From the UHGV virus genome UHGV-0207032: a stretch of DNA of 43,131 nucleotides; one strand, given 5' to 3'. This stretch comes from a virus. Below the pieces are notes generated by a model that saw nothing but the letters and a program-made list of their open reading frames with translations, was not told the origin of the DNA and did not search any database. This document shows positions 24,797-35,143 of this stretch, piece after piece. Position numbers and translations under genes: made by a program. How positions within the stretch are numbered: the stretch's first letter is position 1; each line of letters opens with the position of its first letter.

Positions 24797-25013
24797 GCCG
24801 AGTTATTACTATTACATCCAACTATCAGTAGGAATACTAAGGCATAAGAACATCCGTCAAGCGGAGTTGAAACCAAAGCACACGCTGCTTGAATGCTATG
24901 AGCAGTTTGATGACGAGTATATCGATCGGCATAGGTTGATATACATTGGGCATGGTTGGAAGAGTGATCCGCATATTGCAGAGAGATTAAGGAGGTATGG
25001 ATGTGGTATATAG
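24786..25013 (+). CDS. Hypothetical protein
   Basis: 75-aa ORF overlapping the previous stop. Confidence 0.3.
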   Translation: MTSKPSYYYYIQLSVGILRHKNIRQAELKPKHTLLECYEQFDDEYIDRHRLIYIGHGWKSDPHIAERLRRYGCGI

Positions 25014-25370
25014 ACCGAGATACTTAGATCCTAAACGCAATAAGAAATTCATCTGTAAAGTTTTCCATGAAAGAGACAAAATGTTCTTTGAATATACAGA
25101 CGGCAGTATGATCGTTCTTGATAGCTATGGAATTCATCCGATCAAATGATACAACCTAATGGTTAAGGAGGTATTCGAATGCTTAAATTTATTGTTTACG
25201 TTTTGATAGCAATTGCATTATATCTCGCTATTCCTTGGCAGATGAAGCAAATAGAAAAGAGTGTTGGTGGAGATTCGTTCCTGAGATTAGGAAGATGGTA
25301 TCTCACATTTATGATAGCAATGATACCGATATGCAGCTTTTTTTGGTGATTGATTTAAGGAGGCAGGCGC

Positions 25371-25727
25371 ATGAAATTCTATGAAGCATTATTAACGGTT
25401 AATGTAGAACCTGAATTTGCTGAAGCATATAAGAAGGCAATTGAGGGAGAGAACGATAGATACTTTACAGAGAACCCTATTCTGGATAAAGAGGGAAAGT
25501 TGATCAGCAATGAGATTAAACCTGTATGGAGCGGTAACTATGTGAATGTGGAGATTATCCGTGTTGGAACAGCGATAGAAAATTCAATAATTAATGGATT
25601 AAAAATCTCAGTAGTATCCCGTACAAAAACAAACGTTGAAGAATTCATTAAGCAGTATGAGCGTGAAGGCGCGATGTTGATTATGAAAAACTACGGGAAT
25701 GTCGTATACGAAAATAGCGCTGAATAA
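25371..25727 (+). CDS. Hypothetical protein
   Basis: 118-aa ORF with RBS AAGGAGGCAGG. Confidence 0.4.
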   Translation: MKFYEALLTVNVEPEFAEAYKKAIEGENDRYFTENPILDKEGKLISNEIKPVWSGNYVNVEIIRVGTAIENSIINGLKISVVSRTKTNVEEFIKQYEREGAMLIMKNYGNVVYENSAE

Positions 25728-25749
25728 TTTTTAGAAAGAAGGTGAGGTC

Positions 25750-26211
25750 ATGGCAAAATACACAGAGTGGCTAACTGAAGAAGGGTTATTGAAAATCGAA
25801 GGTTGGGCTCGTGATGGCCTTACCGATAAACAAGTAGCACATAACATGAATATTGCTGAGTCAACTCTTCATGAGTGGAAAAAGAAATACTCGGTGTTAT
25901 CGGAGGCCTTAAAAAGAGGAAAAGAAGTAGTTGATCGGCAAGTCGAGAATGCTTTGCTTAAACGAGCATTGGGATACGAATTCAAAGAAACTACCCAAGA
26001 GCTGACTGAAGATGGCATGAGAGTGACAAAAGTTATCACTAAACAGCAGGCGCCAGACACTACTGCTCAAATATTCTGGCTGAAGAATCGTAAGCCACAA
26101 GAATGGCGTGATAAAAAAGAAACCGAGGTATCTGGCAACATGACAGTGAGCAATCCTTTTGCTAATCTTTCCGAAGAAGAATTGCGAAAGTTGGCGAGTC
26201 GGGATGGATAA
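25750..26211 (+). CDS. terS: Terminase small subunit
   Basis: 153 aa; N-terminal HTH (GLTDKQVAHNMNIAESTLHEWKKKY); immediately upstream of and overlapping terL. Confidence 0.7.
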   Translation: MAKYTEWLTEEGLLKIEGWARDGLTDKQVAHNMNIAESTLHEWKKKYSVLSEALKRGKEVVDRQVENALLKRALGYEFKETTQELTEDGMRVTKVITKQQAPDTTAQIFWLKNRKPQEWRDKKETEVSGNMTVSNPFANLSEEELRKLASRDG

Positions 26212-27616
26212 AATCGCTCTAGGTGCCAAGATTGAGTTAGCAAAGCGATATTTCTTCGATTATTGTCACTTGATTATGCCATCGTTTTATAAATCAGATA
26301 GAGATTACCTTGTTTCAGTTTGCGGAGAGTTTCAATCATTCCTTGATGATAATGAGCATGATGTTTTAGTGCTTAATATGCCGCCTAGACACGGCAAGTC
26401 ATTAACGCTTGGACGGTTTGTTGAATGGGTACTAGGGAATGATCATAGCAAGAAGATTATGACTGGTTCGTATAATGAGACTCTATCAACTGTATTTTCC
26501 AAGAATGTGAGAAACACGATACAAGAGATAAAAGCCGATAAAGATATGATAGTGTATGCCGATATATTCGATGCAAAAATCAAATATGGTGATGGCGCAA
26601 TGAATCTTTGGAGTTTGGAAGATGGCTATAATAACTACCTGGCTACATCGCCTACTGGTACAGCTACCGGTTTTGGTGCAGATATCATCATCATTGATGA
26701 CGTAATCAAGAATGCAGATGAAGCTAATAATGCTGCGGTGCTTGATAAACATTGGGAATGGTTTGTAAACACTATGTTATCCCGTCTTGAGAGTAACGGC
26801 AAGATTATTATCAACATGACTAGATGGCATAGCAATGATTTGGCAGGAAGAGCGTTGAAAGAGCTACCTCTTAGCGGATATAAGGTTAAGCACATTAACT
26901 TTCAAGCATATGATGAAAAGAACGATCGGATGCTTTGTGAAGAGGTCCTTTCCTACGAGGATTATCAACGTAAAGTTAAAACAATGGGTGCTGACATCGC
27001 TAGCGCCAACTACCAACAAGAACCTATCGATATTAAAGGGAGATTGTACGGAGAGTTCAAGACTTATGGCAATAGATCTAACTATAAGAAGATTTGGCAT
27101 TATTGTGATACTGCCGATACTGGTAAGGACTACCTTTGTTCGATTGTTTGGGGCGAAACGCTAGATGGCTATCAAGATGTTTTAGACGTTATCTATACGC
27201 AACAACCTATGGAATACACGGAGAGTGCAGTTGCAAATCAATTGATTAACTTCAAAGTGAATACATCACGTATCGAGCGCAACAACGGCGGTCGGTCTTT
27301 TGCTCGTTCCGTAAGAGAGAAAGTAAAAGGGAAATGTGCAGCTGCAATATCCGATTTCTTTCAAAGCGCCAATAAAGAAGCGAGAATCTATTCCAACAGC
27401 CATTGGGTTGAACAATATGTACGGATGCCGAGTGATTGGAGAACAAGGTTTCCTGATTACTACAAGGCAATGACTACATACCAGCGAGAAGGAAAGAACA
27501 AACATGACGATGCTCCAGATGCTACAACAGGCATCGCCGAAACGATGAGCATGAACACAACAGAAAAAATAGATGTCATGAAGACGATCGACACATTCAA
27601 AAAACTAGGATTGTAG
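26204..27616 (+). CDS. terL: Terminase large subunit (ATPase + nuclease)
   Basis: Walker A-like LNMPPRHGKS; C-terminal nuclease Asp clusters; 470 aa; ATG 26204 overlaps the terS stop. Confidence 0.85.
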   Translation: MDKIALGAKIELAKRYFFDYCHLIMPSFYKSDRDYLVSVCGEFQSFLDDNEHDVLVLNMPPRHGKSLTLGRFVEWVLGNDHSKKIMTGSYNETLSTVFSKNVRNTIQEIKADKDMIVYADIFDAKIKYGDGAMNLWSLEDGYNNYLATSPTGTATGFGADIIIIDDVIKNADEANNAAVLDKHWEWFVNTMLSRLESNGKIIINMTRWHSNDLAGRALKELPLSGYKVKHINFQAYDEKNDRMLCEEVLSYEDYQRKVKTMGADIASANYQQEPIDIKGRLYGEFKTYGNRSNYKKIWHYCDTADTGKDYLCSIVWGETLDGYQDVLDVIYTQQPMEYTESAVANQLINFKVNTSRIERNNGGRSFARSVREKVKGKCAAAISDFFQSANKEARIYSNSHWVEQYVRMPSDWRTRFPDYYKAMTTYQREGKNKHDDAPDATTGIAETMSMNTTEKIDVMKTIDTFKKLGL

Positions 27617-27626
27617 AGGTGATACA

Positions 27627-29246
27627 GTGGAACAGAATATTCAGCTTCTAGGTAAAAAGCGATTTGATGAAGAAGCTAACCTTGTCTATAAGGTACCAGT
27701 TAGTCAGTTGCCGAAAATCGACATGTTAGATCAGCAGACAGGAGAGGTCAGCGAGTTTATTGACTTCAAGCATGAAGATATGTGGAAAATGATTGTTGGC
27801 TTTATCAAGCATCATCGAGAAAGACAAGTACCTAGATTAAAAGAGCTAAAGCGATATCTGAATGCAGACAATAACATTAAGCGGCGTCCAAACAAGCCAG
27901 ATGGCAGAGCAGACAACCGCATAGCGAGCGATTTCGCTAACTTTATTGTGTCGTTTAAACAAGGTGTCTTGTTAGGTAATCCGATTAGTTATAACGGCGA
28001 TAAGGTTATTGTCGAACGTATTAATCGGTTTGCTAGTGAATCTAACGAGGACTACCATAATCAGTTGATGAGCCGAGATGCCTTTGGCTTAGGTCGTGCT
28101 TATGAATGGGTTGGACGTGACGAATACGGCAAAGAAACAATAGCTAAGTTTGATGCGGAGCAAACATTTGTGATTTACGACAACACAAAAGACAGAAACT
28201 CGATTTGCGGCGTACATTACTTCGTTGAGAAATTTTTGGATAAGTCATTCACTAGGGTCGAGTTATACACAAACTGTGGATACAACTATTACTTCACAGC
28301 TAAAGATGATGGTTTGGAAAATGCCGCACTGGATGAAAACGGGGCAGTTCAAAGCTATTTTGACACTGTGCAGATCAATGAATGGACAAACAACGAAGAG
28401 CGCACAAGTGATTTTGAGCATGTAATGGATTCCATTGATGCATACGACCTTTCACGCTCGGAAATGGCGAATTTCCAACAAGATTCATCAGAAGCCTACT
28501 TGGTGATTAAAGGGAATCCTGACACCGCTGTTGATCCAACAGGCAAGAATAGTCCAATGGAAGTGCTTCAAGCTATGATGCAAGCTAGAACGCTTGTATT
28601 AGGCGACAAGAAGATTTATGAAGGTAGCATAGCTGGTTCCGAACCAGACGCTTTCTATTTGAAAAAAGAGTATGACGTTGCCGGAATGGAATCTAACGAC
28701 AGCCGAACAGTCGCTGATATCTTACGCTTTACATCTCTTATTGATTTTACTGACGAGAACATTGGGTCCAACCAGTCAGGCATCGGATTCCGTTTCAAAG
28801 GTTGGGGATCAGATAACGATCGTAAGAACAAGGAACGAATGGTCAAGAAAGCTATTATGCGCCGTCTGCGGTTGCTTACACACTCTTGGAGCATTAAAGA
28901 TGGACTGGATAAACCACGAGGCTTGATTGATACAGTCAAAGCATTTTTTGTTTCGGATGAAAAGCAACAAGAACAGCTATACAACAAAGTAAACGAGATA
29001 CAAATCCAATTTACGCCGAATGTGCCGCAATCAGACGAAGAGATTATGAAAGTTATCGCTGGAATGGTCGGCATCGTATCAGATCAAACATTGTGTGAAA
29101 TGGCTGAACGATTAACTGGCGTGCCGTTTGAAGAAGAGCTTAAACGACTGAAAGAGCAAGTTGGTGACGGTGTGTTTGACAGTGACAAAGAAACTGATAC
29201 GGAGGTTGAAGAAGATGAAAAAGAAAATAAAGAAGATGAGTTATGA
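27627..29246 (+). CDS. Portal protein
   Basis: 539 aa immediately after terL; acidic C-terminus; size and position typical of SPP1-type portals. Confidence 0.7.
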   Translation: MEQNIQLLGKKRFDEEANLVYKVPVSQLPKIDMLDQQTGEVSEFIDFKHEDMWKMIVGFIKHHRERQVPRLKELKRYLNADNNIKRRPNKPDGRADNRIASDFANFIVSFKQGVLLGNPISYNGDKVIVERINRFASESNEDYHNQLMSRDAFGLGRAYEWVGRDEYGKETIAKFDAEQTFVIYDNTKDRNSICGVHYFVEKFLDKSFTRVELYTNCGYNYYFTAKDDGLENAALDENGAVQSYFDTVQINEWTNNEERTSDFEHVMDSIDAYDLSRSEMANFQQDSSEAYLVIKGNPDTAVDPTGKNSPMEVLQAMMQARTLVLGDKKIYEGSIAGSEPDAFYLKKEYDVAGMESNDSRTVADILRFTSLIDFTDENIGSNQSGIGFRFKGWGSDNDRKNKERMVKKAIMRRLRLLTHSWSIKDGLDKPRGLIDTVKAFFVSDEKQQEQLYNKVNEIQIQFTPNVPQSDEEIMKVIAGMVGIVSDQTLCEMAERLTGVPFEEELKRLKEQVGDGVFDSDKETDTEVEEDEKENKEDEL

Positions 29247-29404
29247 CGATGAAATTAGAGTTTTCAAACTTATAAATTTTGCGTTTGCCGTTTTCTTTTA
29301 TTATGCATTTGGAATCGAGATGGCTGTTATTCTTCTTCTATCTAACATATCAGTATATCTTTTTGCATTAGAAAAATACGCAAGACCTAAGGAGGTTTCC
29401 AAAA

Positions 29405-29635
29405 ATGAATCTCAAAGAACAGATGATGAACGAATATCAGAAGAAGGATAGCGAAAAAATCAAAGATGCTATTGCTGAAGAAATGAAAAAAGGTCGCAAC
29501 GAAGTTTTTTATGGTAAAGACGTAATCACAGATGATATTCGCAAAGAGTTTCAAGATGGCGGCTTTACTGTTGAAGATTACGAGGATGAGCATACGATTG
29601 ATGCAAAAATTGAGTTAGTCAGATTTTCTTGGTAG
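29405..29635 (+). CDS. Hypothetical protein
   Basis: 76-aa ORF with RBS AAGGAGG; an alternative overlapping small membrane ORF lies at 29236-29451. Confidence 0.35.
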   Translation: MNLKEQMMNEYQKKDSEKIKDAIAEEMKKGRNEVFYGKDVITDDIRKEFQDGGFTVEDYEDEHTIDAKIELVRFSW

Positions 29636-29646
29636 GGAGTGATTAA

Positions 29647-30600
29647 GTGAAATCACAAGATTACTTCATCAAAAGGGAAAAAGCTTGGCAAGAGCAACAG
29701 ATTAAAGATGATAAGAAACGCATGAACGAAATCAAGAAGCGTCTGCAATTCGCACAGGATGCGATACAGAAAGAGATAGACGCACAGTGGGATAGTTTTT
29801 CCAACGGGCAGAAAATCACTCGTAGCGAAGCGATGAAGCGTGCTAGTGAAATGGATGTAAAAGCATTTGCTCGCAAGGCTAAGAAGTATGTTAAAGAGAA
29901 AGACTTTTCGCCTACAGCAAACAAGGAGTTGAAGCTATACAATCTTACAATGCGTGTCAATCGCTTAGAATTGCTGAAGGCGAACATTGGACTTGAGCTG
30001 ATAGCCACGTTTAACGATATGGACAAGTACTTCTCGGGAGAGCTTACCAGTGCTGGCTTGAAAGAATTGCAACGTCAAGCAGGCATCTTAGAAATGACTA
30101 TCGCTAAAAGCGGTTATGCCAAATTAGTGGAGCAAGTGATCAACAGTTCATTTAGAGCGGATGGATTTGCAACGTTTAGCGAACGACTATGGATGTACCA
30201 AGCGGAATTGAAAGCAGATTTGGATAAGTTGCTTGTCCGAAGTGTGACGATGGGGAGAAACCCGAAACAGTTGGCATCTGAATTAACGAGATTCCTTACT
30301 GAGAAAGGTAGAGAGAATACTAGATTCAATACCGAGCGTTTGATGGTCACAGAAACGACTAGGGTGCAGATAGGTATCCAAGAGCGAAGTTATCGTGATG
30401 CTGATATTACTAAGTACACATTCATTTCTGAGCCTTCAGCTTGTCGTCTGTGCTTACCGCTTAATGGAAAAGTATTTGATGTTGATGAAATGGAACCAGG
30501 GACAAATGCGCCAAACATGCATCCATTTTGCAGATGTAGTACGGCACCTTATGTTGATAGTGACGCTTTTGAGAAGTCACTAAAAGAAAGAGGGTTATAA
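29647..30600 (+). CDS. Minor head / head-morphogenesis protein (Mu F / SPP1 gp7 family)
   Basis: C-terminal conserved MHPFCRCS motif (HPNCRC signature of the family); 317 aa; follows the portal. Confidence 0.7.
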   Translation: MKSQDYFIKREKAWQEQQIKDDKKRMNEIKKRLQFAQDAIQKEIDAQWDSFSNGQKITRSEAMKRASEMDVKAFARKAKKYVKEKDFSPTANKELKLYNLTMRVNRLELLKANIGLELIATFNDMDKYFSGELTSAGLKELQRQAGILEMTIAKSGYAKLVEQVINSSFRADGFATFSERLWMYQAELKADLDKLLVRSVTMGRNPKQLASELTRFLTEKGRENTRFNTERLMVTETTRVQIGIQERSYRDADITKYTFISEPSACRLCLPLNGKVFDVDEMEPGTNAPNMHPFCRCSTAPYVDSDAFEKSLKERGL

Positions 30601-30602
30601 TC

Positions 30603-30827
30603 TTGTCAAAACTAAATAAAGTTTCAATCAGCAATGGTTTGTTCGTTGACGGTACGAAGATTAACGGTTTAACTGATGTTGACATCAAATCGAGCGTTGA
30701 CAATATATCCGAAGTCACTTTGAAATTCTATGGAATCATTGACGGACTAGACAACATTCAAGAAACATATCAATTTAAAGAGCCTAAAAAAACATACAAA
30801 CCAAATAGAAAATACAAAAGCCGATAG
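30603..30827 (+). CDS. Hypothetical protein
   Basis: 74-aa ORF. Confidence 0.35.
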   Translation: MSKLNKVSISNGLFVDGTKINGLTDVDIKSSVDNISEVTLKFYGIIDGLDNIQETYQFKEPKKTYKPNRKYKSR

Positions 30828-30850
30828 CTTAGAACTAACGGCTTCTTTTT
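30817..30850 (+). terminator. Terminator-like hairpin + T-tract
   Basis: AAGCCG...CGGCTT stem with a large loop, followed by CTTTTT. Confidence 0.35.
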
Positions 30851-30856
30851 AGTGCT

Positions 30857-31057
30857 TTATTCAATATGACTGTCTGGATCAGTTGTCAAATCTTTAATCG
30901 CAAGAACGTTTTCTTGGATCAAATCTAAAGTTTCGTTGCTCTTACCTGTATTGATTCTTGTAGTTTCTGAATCACTTTCGATTTCATTAAGACTATTTAC
31001 GATTAAATCTAGCTTTTCATTCATTGAAGTTAACAGTTCAATCACTTTTTCATTCAT
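30857..31057 (-). CDS. Small reverse-oriented protein (moron inside structural module)
   Basis: 66 aa (MNEKVIELLTSMNEKLDLIVNSLNEIES...) with strong RBS AAAGGAGGGATAGCA before the ATG on the minus strand. Confidence 0.45.
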   Translation of the reverse strand: MNEKVIELLTSMNEKLDLIVNSLNEIESDSETTRINTGKSNETLDLIQENVLAIKDLTTDPDSHIE

Positions 31058-31100
31058 TGCTATCCCTCCTTTGGCAGATAGTATATAGAATAAAAAAATA

Positions 31101-31340
31101 TTGTCAACTATATTTAATGGTTTAGACACTATAACAAAGACATTGAAACGAGTTAAGGAGGAACGCAAGTTGGAACCAAAAATTGATATTGATATAGAAT
31201 TAAAATCTCTTAAGGAACTTAAAGTGTTTCTCAATAAACTTCCAGATGAAATACTAGACAAAGAGCTTCAAAACGACGGTATTCATGATGGGTTGAGATT
31301 ATACGAAGATCAAGAAGAACCCATAGTTTATTATTTGTAA
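31101..31340 (+). CDS. Hypothetical small protein
   Basis: 79-aa ORF; an alternative TTG start with RBS TAAGGAGGA gives 56 aa. Confidence 0.35.
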   Translation: MSTIFNGLDTITKTLKRVKEERKLEPKIDIDIELKSLKELKVFLNKLPDEILDKELQNDGIHDGLRLYEDQEEPIVYYL

Positions 31341-31478
31341 TTAAGTCGCTAGCCCATTCGCTAACGGCTTTTTATTATGCCTTCTTACTGCTTACAGGCA
31401 CTAAAGAGAAAGCTGTTCCGACTGACTGGCGTAATTAGTTAAATTATCGGGTAGCGGCGTAACCGTGGAGGAATAATC

Positions 31479-31742
31479 ATGGATAGTAAGAAGTTCATTG
31501 ATATCTGTAAAGAAGCTGTTATTGCTTATGCTAATGAGAATTTTGAGAAGACAGATCAGAGACAAATTACTGAAGAAGATGTTTTTGTTGTTTGGAGCTG
31601 TAAAACACTACAGAACAATAAAGCTTTGCTCAGCACAACGGTTTCAGATGGTATGTATTATGAATTGACCCATAACGGCGATAAATCAGAAGTATACCTT
31701 GATGCATACAAAAAATGGGAAAATAAGTGTATTAAAGTCTAG
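31479..31742 (+). CDS. Hypothetical protein
   Basis: 87-aa ORF with RBS GGAGGAATAATC. Confidence 0.45.
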   Translation: MDSKKFIDICKEAVIAYANENFEKTDQRQITEEDVFVVWSCKTLQNNKALLSTTVSDGMYYELTHNGDKSEVYLDAYKKWENKCIKV

Positions 31743-31843
31743 CAAACGTTAGGCTTTTTGTTTTTGTCCAAGCATTGATGACTTTAAAAGCTATGGAAAG
31801 TGCAAGCATTTATCCACGTTAAAAGATATGGAAGGAGAAATAT

Positions 31844-32491
31844 TTGATGAAAGATAAATTATTGATGAAAAATAAATTTCTTATGCCGATGAAGCTACAA
31901 TTCTTTGCCGATCCAGACGGAGAAGACGACCCGGGAGAAGCAACTCCACCTGAATTAAACGTTGAAGAATTGAATGAGGAGCAATTGGCGCTCATCAAAG
32001 AAAAGTATGGTTTCAAAGACGACAAAGATGTTGATTCGATCGTAAAAAGTAAGAAGTCTAGATGGCAAAAAGAAGCTGAAGCAGAGAAAAACGAAGCTGC
32101 CAAGTATGCCGAAATGACAGCTGAAGAAAAGATTCAACACGAATTGGCAAAGAAAGACGCTCGGATTGCTGAGTTCGAACGTAAAGAAGTGCTATCCAAA
32201 ATGTCGGAACAAGCAAGTGAAATGCTGTCTGAGAAAGGCGCTACGCCTACGAAAGAAATGCTTCGACTAATTGTGTCAGAAGACGCTGAAACCACGTCAA
32301 GCAACGTTAAGACATATCTAGCATCTGTTGAAGCAGAACGTGAAGCAATCAAAGCGGAATATGAAAAACGACTTGGCGGAAAAGTTCCTTTAGATGGAAA
32401 CGGCGCAACAATTTCTCGTGGTGCACAGCTAGCAAAAAATGCAAACAACCAAACGAAAAAGCCTGAAAATGACCCTTGGGCAATTAAATAG
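31844..32491 (+). CDS. Capsid scaffolding protein
   Basis: N-terminal LQFFAD motif common to Firmicute siphovirus scaffolds; highly charged helical protein upstream of the major capsid gene. Confidence 0.6.
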   Translation: MMKDKLLMKNKFLMPMKLQFFADPDGEDDPGEATPPELNVEELNEEQLALIKEKYGFKDDKDVDSIVKSKKSRWQKEAEAEKNEAAKYAEMTAEEKIQHELAKKDARIAEFERKEVLSKMSEQASEMLSEKGATPTKEMLRLIVSEDAETTSSNVKTYLASVEAEREAIKAEYEKRLGGKVPLDGNGATISRGAQLAKNANNQTKKPENDPWAIK

Positions 32492-32502
32492 GAGGAATAT
32501 CA

Positions 32503-32856
32503 ATGGTTTATGTTAAAAAATCAGAAACATTCAAAGAAATCAATTTTCTAAAATCTCAACAATTCATTTCATTCACAAAACAGGTTGATGATACTCATGC
32601 AGGAGTTACAAATGGTGTGTTGCCAGCGGGCTCTATCTTCCCTGCAAACGATGCAACAGCAGAAGGAATCACGATCAATGATGTTGATGTAACTAATGGA
32701 GCACAGCCAGTTGGTGTAATTGTTGATGGGCACATTTTAATTGAACGGTTACCAGTTAAACCAAGCGATGCTGCTCAAACAGCAATGCGTGAAATCAAAC
32801 TTTATGATGAAGCAGGAAAAATAATCGCTTTACCAGCCGCTGCAGGCGGACAGTAA
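32503..32856 (+). CDS. Hypothetical head-associated protein
   Basis: 117-aa ORF between the scaffold and major capsid genes; RBS TAGGAGGAA. Confidence 0.4.
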   Translation: MVYVKKSETFKEINFLKSQQFISFTKQVDDTHAGVTNGVLPAGSIFPANDATAEGITINDVDVTNGAQPVGVIVDGHILIERLPVKPSDAAQTAMREIKLYDEAGKIIALPAAAGGQ

Positions 32857-32880
32857 TAGGAATATAGGAGGAAAAAATAA

Positions 32881-33888
32881 ATGGCAAATATCGCAGAATT
32901 ATTTTCACAACGTAACGTCTTAGACTATGTAAACAATCGTCAAGCCCCCGCTTTGTTGGGTGAAACACTTTTTCCAGCAAGAAAGGTGCAAGGGCTTGAA
33001 TTTGATATTTTAAAAGCAGGTACTCGTATTCCAACGATCGCAAGCGTTCATGCATTTGATACTGAGGCAGAAATTGCATCTCGTGTAGCTTCTCGCAGCG
33101 CTCAGGAATTGGCTTTCATTAAACGCAAAATTCAGTTGAAAGAAAAAGACTTGATTGCATTGCGTAATCCTCGTACTGCTGAAGAACAAGCATTTTTGGA
33201 AAATGAAGTATATAACGATGTATTTTCAATGGTTTCTTCTGTCAATGCACGTGTTGAAAAAATGCGCATGGAAGTATTGGCAAACGGAACCGTAACATTA
33301 GATGAAAATGGATTGGATCTAGTTGTTGATTATGACGTTCCGGCAGAACACAAAGCTACCGTTGATTTCGCTGCTTCTTCTACCGATGTTATCGGATTAT
33401 TAACTACTTGGGCAGGTACGCTAGATACTACACCAACTCGGATCTTAACTTCGACTAAAGTGCGTAATGCTATTTTGCAAAATGCTGGTATCAAAGCTTA
33501 CTTCAAAGATGCTGGATTGCTGCCAACAGCTGGAACATTAAATCAGTTGTTACAACAATTTGGTTTGCCAGTAATCGCAACATACGATGCTAAGTACTAC
33601 AAAGAAAATGCTCAAGGTGTGTTGGTCAAAGAGCGTTACTTCCCAGAAAATAAACTTGTCATGTTTGGTGATGAAAATCCGGGCGAATCTATTTTCGGTG
33701 TAACGCCAGAAGAATCTCGGCTATTATCTGGTGGTACTAATGATTATCAAGTTGGAAACATTTTTGCAATGGTTTATGAATCAAATCTTGACCCTGTTGG
33801 AACATGGACAAAAGCAGCTGGTACTGCACTTCCGAGCTTCCCTGAAGCGGACAACGTGTTCCAAGCAACTGTATTAGCAGAAGGGTAG
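32881..33888 (+). CDS. Major capsid protein
   Basis: 335 aa; position after scaffold; strong RBS ATAGGAGGAAAA; followed by a strong terminator; N-terminal pattern typical of lambda gpE-like coat proteins. Confidence 0.7.
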   Translation: MANIAELFSQRNVLDYVNNRQAPALLGETLFPARKVQGLEFDILKAGTRIPTIASVHAFDTEAEIASRVASRSAQELAFIKRKIQLKEKDLIALRNPRTAEEQAFLENEVYNDVFSMVSSVNARVEKMRMEVLANGTVTLDENGLDLVVDYDVPAEHKATVDFAASSTDVIGLLTTWAGTLDTTPTRILTSTKVRNAILQNAGIKAYFKDAGLLPTAGTLNQLLQQFGLPVIATYDAKYYKENAQGVLVKERYFPENKLVMFGDENPGESIFGVTPEESRLLSGGTNDYQVGNIFAMVYESNLDPVGTWTKAAGTALPSFPEADNVFQATVLAEG

Positions 33889-33898
33889 GTGATCCTCT

Positions 33899-34105
33899 AT
33901 GGCCAAATATAAAGTAGCTAAAGTTTTCAAAGACGTTCATACGAAAGAAACATACAAATTGGACCAAGAGGTCGATTTGACGAAAGAACGATTTGAGGAA
34001 ATCGAGAAGAATCTTGAAGTGTTTGGCGGAGGATTCTTAGAACCGATTAAGGCAGAGAAAGAGCAAGTTAAGAAATCAGCTAAATCAACTAAAAAGAAAG
34101 GTTAG
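33899..34105 (+). CDS. Hypothetical small lysine-rich protein
   Basis: 68-aa ORF. Confidence 0.35.
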   Translation: MAKYKVAKVFKDVHTKETYKLDQEVDLTKERFEEIEKNLEVFGGGFLEPIKAEKEQVKKSAKSTKKKG

Positions 34106-34130
34106 TCATTTGACTAGCCTTTTTATTTTT
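34100..34130 (+). terminator. Strong rho-independent terminator after capsid genes
   Basis: GGTTAGTC-ATTT-GACTAGCC stem followed by TTTTTATTTTT. Confidence 0.65.
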
Positions 34131-34144
34131 GAAAGGAGGCAGTC

Positions 34145-34483
34145 ATGGACGAAACCTTAGAAGAAGTAAAACGATCGCTCGAAGTTGATAACGAAGAACT
34201 CGACAAACAACTAACTGACTTTATCAAACGAATCTCAAACCAACTGTGTGTGCGTTTAGGCTTTTTAGAGACCGTTCCTGCGGCTTTAAATTATATAGTA
34301 GTCGAATGTACGATCAAGAGATTCAACCGCAAAGGTAACGAAGGTATGAGCTCGTATGGACAAGAAGGTGAGTCAATCTCCTATGGAAAGCTTTTAGATG
34401 AATTTGAAGATGACATTTCAGCATACAAAGAGAAGCAAAGGGAAAATAGCGTTCCTCGTAGAGGGGTGGCTAGGTTCCTATGA
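34145..34483 (+). CDS. Head-tail connector (gp6-like adaptor)
   Basis: 112 aa; LEEVKRSLEVD..ELDKQLTDFIKRI pattern typical of gp6-like connectors; RBS AAAGGAGG. Confidence 0.6.
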   Translation: MDETLEEVKRSLEVDNEELDKQLTDFIKRISNQLCVRLGFLETVPAALNYIVVECTIKRFNRKGNEGMSSYGQEGESISYGKLLDEFEDDISAYKEKQRENSVPRRGVARFL

Positions 34484-34809
34484 GATATGACACAGAAGTA
34501 ACTTTCGTTATCGAAAAAGATGGCTATTATGATCCAGAGTTAGGGGAGCATGTAGAACCGACTTTAGATGAAAAAATCAAGCTTGCTAATGTAACTGATT
34601 TGGGGACTGATCGCTCGAAAGTTTTGTTCGGAGATATTAAGGAAGGCGCAAAAGTTATTCGTTTACTTCGACCCTATACCAAGGAGTGGGATTACGTTTT
34701 AATATTCAACAAACTAAAGAGCAAAACGGAGAAGTTCGAGATTATCACTGAGCGTAACCTTCGACTTAAAAACACTTTTATCGTCCAGGAGGTGGCTTCT
34801 GGTGGCTAG
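34480..34809 (+). CDS. Head closure / head-tail joining protein
   Basis: 109 aa; coupled; position. Confidence 0.5.
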   Translation: MRYDTEVTFVIEKDGYYDPELGEHVEPTLDEKIKLANVTDLGTDRSKVLFGDIKEGAKVIRLLRPYTKEWDYVLIFNKLKSKTEKFEIITERNLRLKNTFIVQEVASGG

Positions 34810-35143
34810 AAGGAATGTTTCTCTCAAAGGCGTTAGCGAATTGACGATGAAACTCAAGTCTAATGCAAATATGAAAGATGTGAAGCAAATCGTCAAACAG
34901 AATACAGCTGAATTGACACAAGGCGCTCAACGTAAAGCGCCAGTCGATACTGGTAACTTGAGACGATCAATAACTATGGATTTGAGCGATGGTGGTTTAA
35001 CAGGAAAGGTGAAACCTACCGCCGATTACGCTCCTTATTTGGAGTACGGAACAAGGTTCCAATCAGCTCAACCATTTATGCGACCAGCTTTCAATAAGCA
35101 GAAGGCGCAGTTTAAATCTGATATGGATAAGTTGGTGGAATAG
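34802..35143 (+). CDS. HK97 gp10-family tail component
   Basis: PVDTGNLRRSI motif characteristic of the HK97 gp10 family. Confidence 0.6.
   Translation: MARRNVSLKGVSELTMKLKSNANMKDVKQIVKQNTAELTQGAQRKAPVDTGNLRRSITMDLSDGGLTGKVKPTADYAPYLEYGTRFQSAQPFMRPAFNKQKAQFKSDMDKLVE

Noticed and set aside
28655-29074. 139-aa minus-strand ORF within the portal gene and several other antisense ORFs in structural genes (e.g. 37882-38283, 38671-38979, 41638-42084).
   Set aside because: They are embedded antisense in long, well-supported plus-strand structural genes, with no start signals. They are treated as spurious.
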